Below, piece after piece: positions 48,131 to 62,476 of a DNA stretch of 64,000 nucleotides (positions within the stretch are counted from its first letter, which is position 1; the number at the start of each line of letters is the position of its first letter). Origin of the DNA: Phoronis australis. Lineage: Eukaryota; Animalia; Phoronida. The stretch lies in the NCBI GenBank assembly GCA_002633005.1, contig NMRA01000042.1, positions 584,990-648,989 of the forward strand, written 5' to 3'. The translations under genes and the position numbers were made by a program. Below the pieces are notes generated by a model, which did not search any database, was not told the DNA's origin, and saw only the letters and a list, made by a program, of their open reading frames with translations.

Positions 48131-49385
48131 GTTGATAATGAACAGGCGTGATGAAACGTGACTGACACTCGAAGCTCCCACGGAGGTTGACGATACCCTT
48201 AAGATGAGCATGTCGTCTTCTAACCGAAATTTTACTGTATAACCTGTTGCGCACTGAAATAGTATATGTTTTTATACATTTGACTATTTCTCATACAGTG
48301 ACACAAAAATCAAGAAAACACCTGATAGATTTAGCCCTGTTGGAAAACACCAGATTGGACAATGAACGGTTGAAATTACATGTCGGTGTGCTGAAACGAG
48401 AAAAAGAAGCACTGTTGCTGAAAAAGGTTCAGATATCTAATGAACTTCTCAGTGATTGGACCTGACCAAGAATGAAATTCGCAAGGGGTTTGTTTTTTTC
48501 TAAAAAGAGAACGTTTTTGTATTTCGAATAAAAAGAGGGTTGGGTCTTGCCTTGTGTGCGGGTGAAAATTATATTACGGTATTAGGACTACGAATACTAC
48601 TTATCAACTTAATGTTTTAATTTATTTTTACCTACTGTTTTTAGTCTATGTATGAATTATGGTAACAAATTTAAGATATTTTAATTGATTGTTATCTAAG
48701 TTAAGTAGTCTAATTATAATGTCATCTCTCTATTCTCGTTAGGTGTTTCATAGGTTATGATGTGTTTGTATTTAAAGTTGTTTGACATTGTTTTTAAAGA
48801 ATTGTTGACTGTTTTAATTGATGGATAGTTCAAGATTTGACTTTTGCTTAGTATTAATTGAAATCTTTAGCTATCCAGAATAAAAAGAATGTTAAACAGA
48901 TCATCCGTATATTGTGTTTTATTTAACTCCCTTTCAAGGAATGCCAATTGGTCGACAATTCACAATATTTAGGTACAATATGCAAAGCTACGTTGTTTTC
49001 ACGAATTGCCCATTTCAAAATATAATAAAAAAATCTGTGGATCTAACAGCAGGAACAATGGATAGCGCTAGGACATTGGAGAAACTTTTAGCAATTGTTG
49101 GTTTTGGCCATAGCATAAACATGAAAATATCAAACGACTTTCAAGCAATTTATTTATTACTGACAATGTTCTGAGGAACAAAACAGAACGAGTGATCACA
49201 AGTCAAAATCAAATCGATTAAATAAAGACCCTTGATATGTGTTTTGCTACTAGGAGAAAGTTAACTAATACATGTACAAGTGATTTTGCACGACTTGTTG
49301 CCGCACTTGCCGACCATCCTCCAGCTCTTGAGGGACCCTCGTGTCAGCTTGTTCCTCTTCATCAGTGTCTTCTGCCCACGACTCA
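48131..49385. mobile_element. Possible PIF/Harbinger remnant: convergent 3' ends of a Myb/SANT-type ORF (+) and a transposase (-)
   Basis: + strand coiled-coil LENTRLDNERLKL..LKREKEALLLKK* ending 48465; - strand acidic tail EDTDEEEQ..DGRQVRQQVVQNHL ending 49265. Confidence 0.42.
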
Positions 49386-49928
49386 CATACATGTATGTCC
49401 GTTGATGGAATGATATATGTATGTCTTCCTGTTGACAAAGACACTATTTGCAACTGACGGTCTCGTACATGTAACTCTTACGTGCTGACAGAACATTTGG
49501 AAAACCTTCAACAAATGATAGAACGAAAATTATAAAAAAATTGTCTTGATCACATGGGCTAATAAATGTTACAAATGTAAATCAGACAATTTTTGCTCTT
49601 TGTAGGGCTACATCAGCTCAGCGCTCAGACTAGCTACCCCTCATAAGACACTATTTTGCAGAATTTTGCCCTCACAATTTGACTCTTCTGTAGCAGGGCT
49701 GTCGGAAGCACAGAGAGCTGGGGGCTAGAGCCCCCATGATTTGCAGAACAGATTTTCACGCGCACGTGATTTCAAGATTTTAAAAAATGATCAACTACAC
49801 CCAAAGATGAACTGTTTCACTGATCTATACCATTTTTTGTTTGGCTTGGGTTGTAGATCGTTCCGCGGCCATCCGAAGGCATGAAAAAATAGGGGTGGAC
49901 CATAACGGAAAGAAATGAAGACAAATAA

Positions 49929-50256
49929 CAGTGGCGGATCTAGGATATCATAACGGGGGCCCCAACATTTTGTCTCGGGCAATTGAACAAAGCATGATTG
50001 CATGCGCTCACCCAGCCTGAAAGATAGGGTGCTCAAATTTCTGGACCTTATACAAAAAAAACAAACGGAGGACTAAAGAAAGAAAAAAATGGGAAAACGA
50101 TTGCGCAGGTCCGCTGAGTTGGGCACATGCATCCCCACCTGCATGTTAATTACAGGGGTTAATTAATGAACTCATTGTTTCCTCACGCTCTTGTTTTTTA
50201 TTTTTTGCGAGGCACACAAGGTGGCCGGCCCCCCCTGCCCCCTAAATCCGCCTATG
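49929..50256. mobile_element. MITE, same family as 40315-41253
   Basis: cagtggcggatctaggatatca ... ttaattac.gg..ttaattaat.aactca ... cctaaatccgcctatg; a further left end at ~53497. Confidence 0.75.
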
Positions 50257-52125
50257 GCTAATAAAAAGACAAAAAAGAAGGAAACCGTCGACTGCTAGGC
50301 TGACAACAAGCATTCACGGCTATTGTCCTACTTTCCTGAAGGTAATGATATAAAAACGTTCCTTTGAAAGGTGCCCGTTTTCCGTTAACAGTGAAAAGCG
50401 TCAATTTTTTCTGCCGACAGTGGAGGTAGTGCGTGGAGTCGAATAGGGTCCCAGATAACACCTAAGAGCCACCGGAAATTGTGTGAGAAACACATAGGAC
50501 ACCTTTTCTAGAAATTGAATTTGAATTATTCTATAAATGATTTGTTCTTTCGGTTTCTTTTCACTTTTGCTAGGATTGACTCAAAGATACTCTCGCATTA
50601 AAGGGTGATGATTTGAAAATACATTAGCATTAGGTTAAGGAAAACACATCTTTCACGAGTACAAAAAATGTTTTTCATAATTTTGACAACTCAGTAACGA
50701 TGACATAATTCTGGCTTCAGTGCGAAATCGAAATAGCATTGTACCGATCGAGATGCAGCCTTTTTCTCAACTCCTACAAGTTTAGGCACAAATTTAGCAA
50801 TGTCTCTCCAAATTGTTTTATGTTGTGACCACTTTCAGGTTTTCTTCAAATATGTCATTGAGATCCCGAGAAACTCACGCTTTCATGCACTCAATGAAAA
50901 TCAATTAATAATTGTAAATACTTTCAATTCCTTTCATATCTCTTCTAAAGTTACATTATTATCAAATGGTAGTTCAAACTTCGACTTTTCCTCAATGAAT
51001 TCCTCTTAAGCGTGGTTAGTAAATTTTTATGCATCGCTTATAAATCGTGTTGCTTCTGTTTCCTATATCTGTGAATATTTTTGTTTTTAAAACGTTCGAA
51101 ATAGCATATCTAAATATTTTAATACTGATATTAGATACTACTCACATGTATTTTGTTCTATGTATACCACTTTATGTATGGCTACAACCCACATGTAATG
51201 CTTCGCGATTTCTGGGCTTATCATTGTTTTCCTTTTACGTTCTGTGTATTTCTTCAAAGAAGATATATCACCTTAAAAATAGGTGATGGGGATTTGTGTA
51301 TAAGCTCCCCGCACAGGAGACGACGTACTGAAATTTTCTTTTTCAGTGATGCAGTGGTGGGCCTGTGACCCCGGTCCCGGGATCAGGCACCCATTTCACC
51401 GGCCCACAACCAACATTTTTAGGGAAAGTTCGTATTGCAGATTTTTTTGAGGGGAGGTCGAATTTCAAAGATTCGGACCTGAATTGCCATCGGAGGCGTT
51501 CTTCCCTAGTTAGCCAGTTGTCCACGTCAGCCAATCGACGCCAGTCAACATTTTTGGCCCCACTTGTTTGGTTCCAGGTCAACCCCAGTAATTGCTGTTT
51601 GCTTGCTAATTAGTCTTTTTATAGAACCCACTGCTGTGTAGGCCTCCGCTGATGTCAAAATGTTGATATTGTATCTTTGCGTTTTACCCGAATGCATCAA
51701 GTTAGTTGACATTTGGCGAGTGAGTTAAAAAAAAACACTACATGTACATATGTCTACTTAGAAACAGACAAACAAAATCTGGAGTACCATTCGGGCATTG
51801 AGGAATTATCGATGACTAAACTATAATGTGAAATGCACCTGACAGGGAAGCAATCATATAACAATGGAAATCAATGTTGATTTCCATAAATCAGTGTTTG
51901 CAATAACCCAATTTGTCCCATGGTTTTGAAATTTGAGAACTCATTCGTGTTGTATTTCATTTTGAACCAAATCAGAATAAAAATATAAGATATAATACCG
52001 TTTTGTTTTTTGTAAACTACATGCCGTGGTCTTACTACATGGAAGCTTATGTCAGTTCGGAGCATGTATCCTGATGTTGTGGCACTTGGCCGCGGGTGTC
52101 TTTGGTGCGTTCAACGCGAGGACCT

Positions 52126-52242
52126 ACGCTAGGACATAGCTGAAATCTAGCCAAAGTCACGTGATGTTATTTAAAATAAACGACAATATCTCATGTAATC
52201 TCTCAAAGTCTTGCTTTTTAGCGAGGTTCTAGCGCTACTGAA
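52126..52242. mobile_element. Second copy of the ~125-bp MITE
   Basis: Shares aatctagccaaagtcacgtg...tatttaaaata...caatatctca and the right TIR. Confidence 0.75.
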
Positions 52243-54089
52243 CTGTTGGCTGGTCATGTTGTCCTTAGTGTATCCTAAGGACTTAATGACAAGTAACCAA
52301 TCTCCACGTGTCAGGCAAGAATTTTTTCATGTTTATCTCCAAAAATGGTGAAAAGTGACTGTAATGGGCTTGTACACATCACATACTGAATTGAAGTTAC
52401 TCACTATTAGATTGCTGTATCATAATAAGTACAAGTAAAAGCACACGAGTTCTTGTTTGCCTCAAAACCTCTATAATCCACGGTATGGTTATGTGATTCT
52501 GTGACTCAATTGCAACAGTTACGGCTGATGCAAAAATGTTGATAATAACTGAAATTTACAATTTACTTGAATCGGCAATCGGACCGAAGTGTTGTCGGAA
52601 AGCCATTGCTGTCAATGAAAGCAGAATTTCATTGCTATCCTAGATCAAACATACATGTATCTTATTTGTACATATTTTCAATGACATTGCAATACCTTAT
52701 ATTCCTGGCAACGCTACATAAACATCGATAATCAAATAAAGTGAACCCGCTTAATGTCATATTGGATAACAGAATATCCCGGTTATCACTAAATGTCAAA
52801 GCACTGTTGAATCCAATCATGTAAAATATCCTGCATTAATGTCATCATATCATATTGTTTTAAAATATGGCGCTTGGCTACGCTAATCAATGGGTACAAG
52901 TCAATGAGTTTGTAAGAATTTGCAGTGTTCTCCACGGCCGGTTTTAACACGTAACAGCGACCTGTTTGGAAACACTCGCGACCTGTTTAAATGTCCTGCG
53001 TCCTGCTTAAAAATCCCATGGCAGGTGTAAAAAATTAGCGACCAGTTTCCAAAAAGACGTCGTCATGGTTACTAAGGTTTGCTTGACAGCAACTGGCCAT
53101 CAGCCCACTGAAACTGAATAAAGCCGGCTAAGTGATCATTTGTCGAAAGGCTACTCAGCTATCTCGGTTACGCGGCAAAGAAACTATTGTGTGTGCTTCA
53201 GTAGTATCGGGGCAGACATTTGCGAGAAAGGACTAAAAACTTTTCTCACGAGGAAAAACTTTCCCTACCATAACTGATCAGAGAAAAAGCCCATGTCATA
53301 GAGAACAAGAAAACTGGTGCCAAATCAACTGAAGTAAACGTAAACAGCAGACTTGGAGAGATATTGGTCCAGCTAGACTAGCTGCACATTTCCCACAATC
53401 GGAGAAATGCCTTGTCAAACAGTCAATCACTAAAAATAAAGGCCAGAAGAAACTTTCATCTGTGAAAAAAATTGCAAAGAAAAACAGTGAGGAACCCAGT
53501 GGCAGATCTAGGATATTATAAGGGCATATTTTTCATTTGTAAAGTCTGTGTGCAACATACGTACACACATTAAAGTACTTACTCACGATTAACCGCAACA
53601 TACTAAATACACAAATTTATTTACGTGTCATTTTACTGTTTACTTTTTGCGGCCAACAGGGAGGGCAGGAACCGTGCCGGCAACCTTAAATCTTTGACCA
53701 ATTGAGGTGGAACTCGGTCAAAAGAATTAAATGTCGTCTTCAGTCATACGCGTAGCGCTTACGACAATGAAGCTCTGCCCGACTAGTCGTATTCTGAGGA
53801 ATGCAAAGGACACCTTTCAACACGTACTGGTCTACGCATAGACGTACCCCCCTGATTTAGTGATATCAAATCTATAATTTTCAAATTGTTGACCCAGACC
53901 CTCCTTCTAAAAATCCTTGATTCGAATCCCCCTTTAAAAAACCTGAATCCGCCCCCGTTATGTTTGATCTTGTGTCGTCGTAAAACTGAATTTTGAAAAT
54001 AGGGGCCGTTCTCGCTCTAAAACTCCGTCATAAATGCACACCGCGGCATTATTCAGTTCCACCTATATCGTGCAAGACTGCCATATTCA

Positions 54090-54300
54090 AAAGTCTTAAA
54101 CCTGGGTCTGACCAAGTTAAACCTGGTTTAAGCGGATATTAATACAGGTCTAAGGAATATAAACCTCGTTGGTGAAATGAAAACTGACTTAGACCAGGTC
54201 TAAACTGGATTTTACTAGACCACTGATCTAATAGTTGAACAACCTTTATGAAATGCAGGTCTAAGTCCAGTTTAAACCTGGTGTAACTTTAATAAACCAC
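54090..54300. mobile_element. Harbinger-like MITE fragments with palindromic subterminal repeats
   Basis: Repeated taaacctgg / agaccaggtct / taaactgga motifs ending tttatgaaatgcaggtct. Confidence 0.4.
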
Positions 54301-55937
54301 CTTAACGAAATAGGCTGCAACTGTTTTGATTTCTGGTCTCTCCCCTCACAATGCATTTTGACGTGTACCTGTACAGTCTGTTCTCCAGCTTTATCACCTG
54401 ATTGCAATATTGTGAACTTTCGTCTTTTGTCTTGAGAATGGTTTAGACAAGAAACCGAAACGGGGATCAATATGTCGTTGTTTACATATGCGGTGATTTT
54501 AATGTTCGTATTCCTCACTGTCCCAACTCTGTGTAAACACGGGCATCTAGCGATTTAGTGTCCACGTCCAGAGGGGGCCTGCTATCTTTCTTTCAAACCT
54601 TAAGGCTAATATGCAGGTCTGTTTTGTTAAAGAAGCGAATAAGCCAGAATGTCACCCTCTAAACTCAAAAATTATTAATGATTAGTGGACTGTGGTAATG
54701 AAAAAACTTTCATGGAAATAATGCATTAAATATGTAGCAAGTTTGTGTTTGCCTCTTACAGTTGTTCCACCACTCATTTAATAATGTATGTGTTAAAGGG
54801 TGACATTTTGGTGTTCTTAAAACGGTTACAAAAACTTTCATAGAAATAATGCATTATATATGCCGCATGTTTGTGCTTGCCTCTTAAAATTGGGGCATTA
54901 GGTTACGATGCTTATGGAAAATTAAGTAAAGTAATGTATAAAACATGGCAGGCAATTCGAGTTTGTTTCATCTTCTATAGAACATGTTTGACTTTATGAT
55001 AACGATTGATAAATTGAAATACAGCAATACTAAAAAGTGCCCACAGCTCGATAAATGCGCCGTTGAAAGCAATGTTATTGGTCAATGTCAGCGTGCGTTT
55101 TTTCTAGTGGAGTTACTCCTAGAGTTGTCCAGGATCCTCACCCGCTTTTCAACCCTATGATCTTTAAGTTTAAACAAAGAAATTGATTCCCTCTATTTAT
55201 GGACAATTCCTGATGGGTACATGTATGTTGGGAGAGCACCGGGGCAGGGAAACATAGGGCCGGGAAAACATCTGGAGGAGACAACACAGAGCCAGCAATG
55301 CAAACATCGTGATGGGAGAGTATACATGTAGGGTCACCAGAAAATAGGTCCAGGGTAACATAGGGACCAGGGGACACTAGTTGAGGAACACTGGGATCAG
55401 GAACTCAGTGACTGGGAACAGTGGTACAGACCAAACTATGCATGGCAGATGCAGATACAACCTAACAATAATAATTATGCTATCTGCTTCAAGCTGGACA
55501 TCTGCATGAATGGGTTGACGAATAAATGAATGACTGAAGTGAATGAATATTTTCTAATTAATGCACCTCAACATGGGCTGCCCAAAACAACATGAAAATA
55601 TATTGTATTCAATAGCCACCTAACCTCCAAAACGACGGAAACAGTTTGATGTAAATAACAACAGTCAATTTACCGTATTGTTTTTGTGTTTGGCTGAAAC
55701 ATGGTGGAGGCCCAGTCTTCCGATGATGAAGCTCCTGTGAAATTGCATCGACTACGTTTTTTAATTCACATTTTTGGTGGATTGGGAAAATATGTCAAAA
55801 TATGACAAAGTTTTGATCAGAATTGAAATAACAACTGTTTACACAAATGGATTTTAACCACATAAAAGTAGTGATCCATTCGTAGCTAATCCTAGTACGG
55901 CACACCACAAACTCACCGTAATTATAGCCGCGATTAC

Positions 55938-56234
55938 TACGATGGCTGTCAAAGAACGGCACGGATACTTTTTTTCTCCGTTGCTAACTCTTTCGATAGA
56001 CTTACTACCTCTATCGATAGAGATAGTAAGTCTATCGATAGACTTACTAACTCTATCGATAGAGTTACGACATCGAAGTTGCTACTTCGGTTTCAAATTT
56101 ACATGGAGGACCGAAGCAAGCATATTGTCGATTTATTCAAGCTAGGCCCAAATCAAAATGTAATAATAAATGTACCCATGCGTCGTTTTGGAGTGTCACT
56201 AAGCATAAGGCAATTGCGACGTGTTTTGAAGTCT
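55938..56234 (+). mobile_element. IS3EU-like element left end and transposase N-terminus
   Basis: Candidate TAC terminus at 55938, 21-bp subterminal repeats, ORF 56103-56234 MEDRSKHIVDLFKLG...FGVSLSIRQLRRVLKS (Clr5-like HTH). Confidence 0.65.
55985..56066. repeat. 21-bp palindromic subterminal repeats
   Basis: tctatcgatagacttactaac-type units, 4 copies (three perfect TATCGATA). Confidence 0.9.
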
Positions 56235-56237
56235 TAA

Positions 56238-59200
56238 AGTCCTGCTCTCAAACTGCCCATGTGGTTCCAGTATCCAAAAATACTTACTACATAAATCTTA
56301 TTTTCGATACCCTTTCTTTATATTATTTTCGCCATGTTTTTCCTTGTAACTGAACGTGCTATCGCTTGCTCGAAAAGTCTTCATTATTTTGTTTTATTAG
56401 TAATATCTCTTGTTTCGTTTGCATATGTAGTGTATTTATAGTTAGTAGTTAGTGTTCGTTGAATTTTTTTGAATGTTACGCGTACTTATTATGTTAAAAT
56501 AGCATTGGTGTTTAGTTCCTTACGTAGGCCGGTCGAACCTAGGAACCAATATGGGTCGAACCAATTTTTTTCGGTTTTATTTTTTTCCTCGTTTTGAAAA
56601 GGTACTTTGCATTCATCGGAAAGGTAGTACATTCTACTCAGTAAAAATCGAAAAAGTATCAAAATCGGGGCAAGCACTGTAAAGTTATTGCAAGTTTTGT
56701 GGCGAAATTTGGGTCACTTTGTTTGGATCGCGTCGGCCATATTGGAGGACAGCGGGATGAGTTACGAGTTTAAAACTTAGTGTAAATTGTTTTCGCCAAC
56801 AAATTACGGTAAAATTTAGTAGACATATCTTTACTTACTATTCTGCACGATTTAGCAGTGTTCACCAAATTTCAGCCTCGCAGTTGTTACTCATTAAGTG
56901 ATAAATGTGCTCACAATTCCCGTTGGACTTCGATCGTCTCATTTCTGGCGGCACCTACAATGCCGACTTTTGCTGAACTGAAAGGCATGTTCAATTGGCT
57001 ACTTTGTAATTTGTGAAGATTTAACGTTGATGCATTTTGACAAACGTTGCTACAAAAAGGAACTTTGTTCTATTTTCGTGTTTTTTGTGCAAAATATAAG
57101 ATATATTCGAATTATTTTACTGTGAATTTCCCATTCAGGTGATCTTACTCTAAGCTAAAAATAGTTGAAATATCTTTGTAATGGTTTTTTGTTTGACTGT
57201 AAACTACTGTTCAAGGCTTGATTTTGTTTCACAAAATGATTCATATTTTTCTAAAATTTAAGTCCCAATTGCTTTCAAGTCATGTTTTGTAACTTATTGC
57301 TTCTTAATTCAGGTTATCAAGTCAACAATATGAATAGTTTTAATTTGAGAAATAAGCTATGTTGGATTGTGAAGCTTCAAGCCTCCAATTCTTGTTCCTT
57401 GCAACTTCATATTTTTTTAATCATGCTTGTCAAATTCTGGTGTAAGGAAACACTATTCGGTCACCATGGTAATAGTTACGTGTATGTCCACTTTCATATC
57501 ATGGAAACTTTTGCTGTTGAATAATGTTTATAATGCTAAATTTTGTAAAGTATTGTGCATTTTAAGTTACTTATTATGTTAAAAGTTTGAATCATTTTGG
57601 GTTACTGTAATGAAAAAAAATGATAACATTTTGTTTTGGACTTGTCATACTTATGTGCTCGAACGAGCCGCCTATTTGGAAAACTGGAAAAAGGTCTGCC
57701 TCAGTCAGAGAAGCACGAATTCGAAAAAAGTAGGAAATGGGACAATATTCCTCTAGAAGACAGGAAGTACCAAAACTTAGCGTCTGCAATTCATATCTCT
57801 GAACATACCCAGTAAATCTTTTAGTAAAAAAATTCCAGCCGGCCCCATTCTTTTAGGCTTGGTGCGCTCATATAAAGTCTGGGCAAATCTCTGTTGAAAG
57901 CCAACAACTTATTGCACAGTTCGCCAGAAGTACCCAAGTTATAAATAAACTTCGTTTGAGTGAGCGCTGTGGCCAGCGACCAGTTAGCCTATAGGATAGC
58001 CTTGGCGCAAAGCTGTATAAGCCTACTAACAAGCTGTATTTTGACGATAGTCTTCACTGGTAGCTGGCACTGAGGCTTGCTAAGGGCTTCCGCGGCAGTG
58101 TGACACAGGACTAACCAGCCCGTAATTTCATGAAAGTGTTTGATACTACCTTTGAATATATGCAGAATTTATGATTTGAACATTGACTTCGACGAAACAG
58201 CTTGCAACCGCATGTATTTACAGTTCGCCAGTGTCTGGTCTCGATCCGCAACGGGTCCGATAGGCTGCAGTCCCGAGTCCGGCAAAATAATTTCTGTTAA
58301 AATTTGTTCGCCACATTTCTTCAGTAAATACGATAAAATTAAGGCGCGCTGTCGATTATTTATCCCCGTTTGCAGGCTGGTATAGCTTTCAAAAACAGGT
58401 ACGTGTTTTTGAAAAATACATCTTGGTGTTTTCCATGTGTGTTTCAGTATTATCACCAGTTGATTTTTGTTCAGCCCCTTGGCTGCCTAGGCCTTAGACA
58501 ATACTGCTGACCCAGTAGAGACGATGATTATACCATAGGTACTCCATATGCCGGATACTTTTCGGCAAATTATGTTCCTATAAGTTTAGAAGTACCGCGT
58601 AGAGAGATGCCTCTTATTAGGTCGTTAATGTTTTCATTTGTTCCCAGTTTAAACAAATACTCCTGCAATCCATTCAGTTGCCACAGCGACACTGCTTGCG
58701 CTAAGGGATAATCCTATGGCGTTATACTGTGGGTGTGATTTTAAAGCACTTTACGTCAAATATTTTTGAGAAGGTTAAATGGAGTAGATGGTTGCAATCA
58801 ACATGCCCAAGTGGCCGTCATCCCCTGCCGTAGTCTCAATTATTTGTAAACATTAATTACTTAGGTAGCTGCAATGATAATTGAATTAAAGTGCCTAAGT
58901 GGCCATCGTCGTCGTCGAAGTTTGAGGATGATGGAAGCCACTGTCCATTTCGTCAAACGTCGATTACCTTAAGTGTAAATCGATTAACTATGGTAGATGC
59001 TCAAATTTGAGCATCTGATTTTAAAAAATTAAATTTCAATCGCTGCACTGGTATATCAGCTGATTTATTTTCAGTTGCATCAACTGATCTAATTATTAGA
59101 CGATCAACATTATTAGGCTACAGATCAGACGGCATGTAAATTTGTTAGGCTGGTGGTGGATCAGTTCCTGATAAGTCCGTCTGAAAAAGTTGCATGCCAA

Positions 59201-60770
59201 CTCACTCATAGTTGAATGTTAAATTAGTGTTAACAGTTCGCGTTTTTTTTCAGTTGGACTTGTATCCCAAGCAACAGCTCAGTCCAGAGCCCTGAATATG
59301 CAAATGAAATTCAAAGATAAAGACCTTGTGTCTTAGAAGCCAAGTACCACAGATCATCATGCTATAAAAATAGAAAGACGATTGTGAAGAATGACGAATT
59401 CACAGTTTTCAGAGATGTTTTTCTACAGTTTTGTTTGGAGTTCATTGAATCGAAGCTTCTAACACAAGGAGATGTCATTTGCTTTTCAAAACTTTGAAGC
59501 TGTTCTTCAGAAAGCTGGTGTGCATGAAGTTATTTGGACAGGCAATCTTAAGAAATATTGTTGAAGATACTCACTGTTGTAGTTTGTGCCCGACTAAGAG
59601 ATACGAAAGTGAATTGAGGCTAGTGTTCAATAATTCACTTGCTGACTCTAATTAACACAGCCCGTTATAACATATTTTGAATCAAACGTTTGCCCAAATA
59701 GTGCCCGCCTCCGAACAAGGACTTAGTGTTTGACCCTTCATTGCCTGCAGGCTAATCACCAGTGTGCAGTGCTGTACCCTCTCTAATCGACCATAGTTGG
59801 CTCCTTGGCGGTGGAGCTTTGCAGTCACGTTAATACATATGGCAATGACCGCATCTCCATTGACAGTACTAAACGATGAAAGCTGCAAGTGCAAAAAGAA
59901 CATGTGTGCTGGGAAAGTGAGTTTTCTGCAATGCTGGGTCAAACTGTACAGAAATGTGCAGCTGTGACAACTATAGTAACATCAGCAACACTGACTGCAT
60001 AACATTGGATAGTTCTTTGACAAGTCAACCCTAAATTGACCTCCAAACCCGTTATTTCCCGTCTTGTATTAAAAAGTTAATTTTATTTGTTGATTAAGTC
60101 ATAGAAAGTACATACGTTGATCATTGTCATGTATTTGTCTCATACTGCTTGATAAACGCTGTCAGTATAGTCTATTATTTTCATACAGTCTTTGTGCACA
60201 TTCACAGAGATCATTCAACTATATTGTTTTTGTACTATAATGTATTTCTGGTGTATTATGTAAACAAGCTGTAAGTTACACCGTTAGTCAATGTTTTAGT
60301 CATTGAGGCACCAATTTTGCCCAGTCTCAAGTGTTTTGTGTAATTTTTGTTGTCTGATAATGCCTAGTAACATTCAGACTTTGTTTGCATTTTGCCACTA
60401 GGTGTCTCTTTACATTTTTTAATTTCACTGTTTACAATTAATCTACAATAGTAAAACATGTAATGTGAGTGTAATATTGTTCAATACAATGGCACTGATG
60501 GGACCATATTACTTGTTTTACAAAAAAGTCACCAAAACTGTTGTTTTTACAAATATAAGTGTACTAAGCTCTTTGGTGATTATTAGGTAACTTCAAACTC
60601 AAATTTCTCAAAAAATGTGCAACTTTATATGTGGGAACTTTTTAGATTTTGAAAACACTCTAATAAATGAATTAAAAAACACCAAAATAAAATTGCCCCC
60701 CTAAAGTACTCACAAAAACCATTTTCTAGAGGCCCTACAAAATCTGGCCCACCGAATACTACCCATGTAA
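56238..60770 (+). mobile_element. Degraded Academ-like DNA transposon (possibly composite) insertion
   Basis: Broken coding remnants: DLVS/EAKYHRS/CYK (~59320-59370), LHCLQANHQCAV (~59735-59772), Cys-rich CKCKKNMCAGK...NCTEMCSCD (~59884-59970); termini not cleanly resolved. Confidence 0.5.
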
Positions 60771-60804
60771 TAAGGGTTAAAAACGCGTCCGATCAGGTCT
60801 TTAA

Positions 60805-62472
60805 AGGAGCATGCCACCCAAAAAACAACCTAATTTGTATCAATTTAGCTCGAGTAGTTCTACCCCATTACGACACGTACGGTTGCGTTACCTGACACCT
60901 GACGGCAGACGGAGGTGTTGAAATTATCCAATGACGTCATCGTATTCACACGCAGTCTGTTCAGCAGTTCACAACACGGGTTACTGGTGTCAGCTTATCG
61001 CTTGAAGTCATCGTTTAACACCAATAAATCATCAAACTTCGAAGTAAAACCCTTAAAAATACACCGAGTTCTTATAAAAACGTGTTGTTTTATTTCGCTA
61101 TTACGGATTTATTGGTATTTGGACACACCGTAGCCTACAAAGCTCGGCAGGCCAATAAGGTCCGTAGCAGGAGTTTGGGGTCTGTTCGGAGATAATTTCG
61201 AAGTATTTTCCGTGAGATACAGACAGGAGAACCTAGATCTGTGTTGTTTAGACTTGTGATTTTTTGAGTTCTAAACACAAAACGCTTGTTATCCTGGCCA
61301 GTGGCTCGGAGCCCGATCAGGCCCGTCGCGGCCGGCCGGATTGACTCGTTATCCCGGCCAGTGGCTCGGAAACTGATCAGACATCACGAACATAAACCAG
61401 CCAAAGTTCAGTGGAAACTAAACTTCCAAACAAGAAAACACTATACTACTGAGCCAAAGTAATTTGCGCCTGATTATGTTGTCGAATTAGCCACGAAACT
61501 GCAAAGCTACTTACTCGTCGGGGGCCGCGAGCGCTTAGGCCACAGCACCGTCAGGGCAGAAGTTGTACATTGACAATCATTTTTTGAATAATGTAAATGT
61601 AAATAAAGATTCCCCTAACACCTGGCCGTGAGATGGAAATCGAGTTGCTTTACAACAGTTTCTGCCAGCAAACAGTAATTTAGCATGAGCTCACACGGCC
61701 CAGGTGTCCCTGACAATTACTTCTATTGCACCTAAAGCCGGTAACGCAGTGAATTATTCATTGTTGACTTCTCAAATCATTTGCACTCACGAATACTCCA
61801 AAGGTATTACAAATTGCATCCAGTGTGACAGACTTTGTTTCAGTTGATATAAGTATTGGTTAATTTTAGGGTGAGAATAATTCATTTTGAAACAGAACGC
61901 TCAGTAATAAACGCCAACATGGCAACTCGCAATCCCGACTTAAGACGAGTTAGAGCTCATCCGTCAGTCCCGACCTCGCAGGTGGATCGTTAAGTTTTAC
62001 AGGCTATCAATTCGAACAGCAATACAGTGATGAAGAAATACTAGAGAGGCGCCGTGAACAAGCTCAGACAACGGAACCTATGGAGTTATTTGGTAAGCCG
62101 GCATTCGTCAGGCACTGTCGACGTCTGCAGGCAACAGACACGGAGATGTTTCAAGGCCTCATACTTGCTATTTACAGCGTACATTTCATTCTTCACGACC
62201 CTGAGCCACTTTCTAAGCATTTTCGACTCTCGAGGAACTAAAAAACGATATACCCGCTTTCCTCGCAGCTGCTTAGTTCGGACAAGTGGTAACGATGTAC
62301 CGCAACATAACTCTGCATATGAACCACTGACGTCGCTAGCGTCGTTTCTCACCTTCCTCAGAGGTCAACGCGACACCTCTTGACAAGGTAAGGTCGACCG
62401 TATGCGAGGCGATGTGGATATAGACCGATTAAGACGGCCGCAAAGACTAATTAAATCGGGTGGCATTCTCCT
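60805..62472 (-). mobile_element. Kolobok-type DNA transposon derivative with THAP remnant
   Basis: TTAA TSD at 60801-60804 and 62473-62476; TIR aggagcatgccaccc / gggtggcattctcct; - strand THAP-like FLVPRESKMLRKWLRVV...LRVC at ~62130-62310. Confidence 0.85.
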
Positions 62473-62476
62473 TTAA

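Noticed and set aside
60768-60780. piggyBac terminus (aggg-ttaa)
   Set aside because: No matching ttaa-ccct partner end nearby; better explained as the resumption of the interrupted IS3EU-like sequence.
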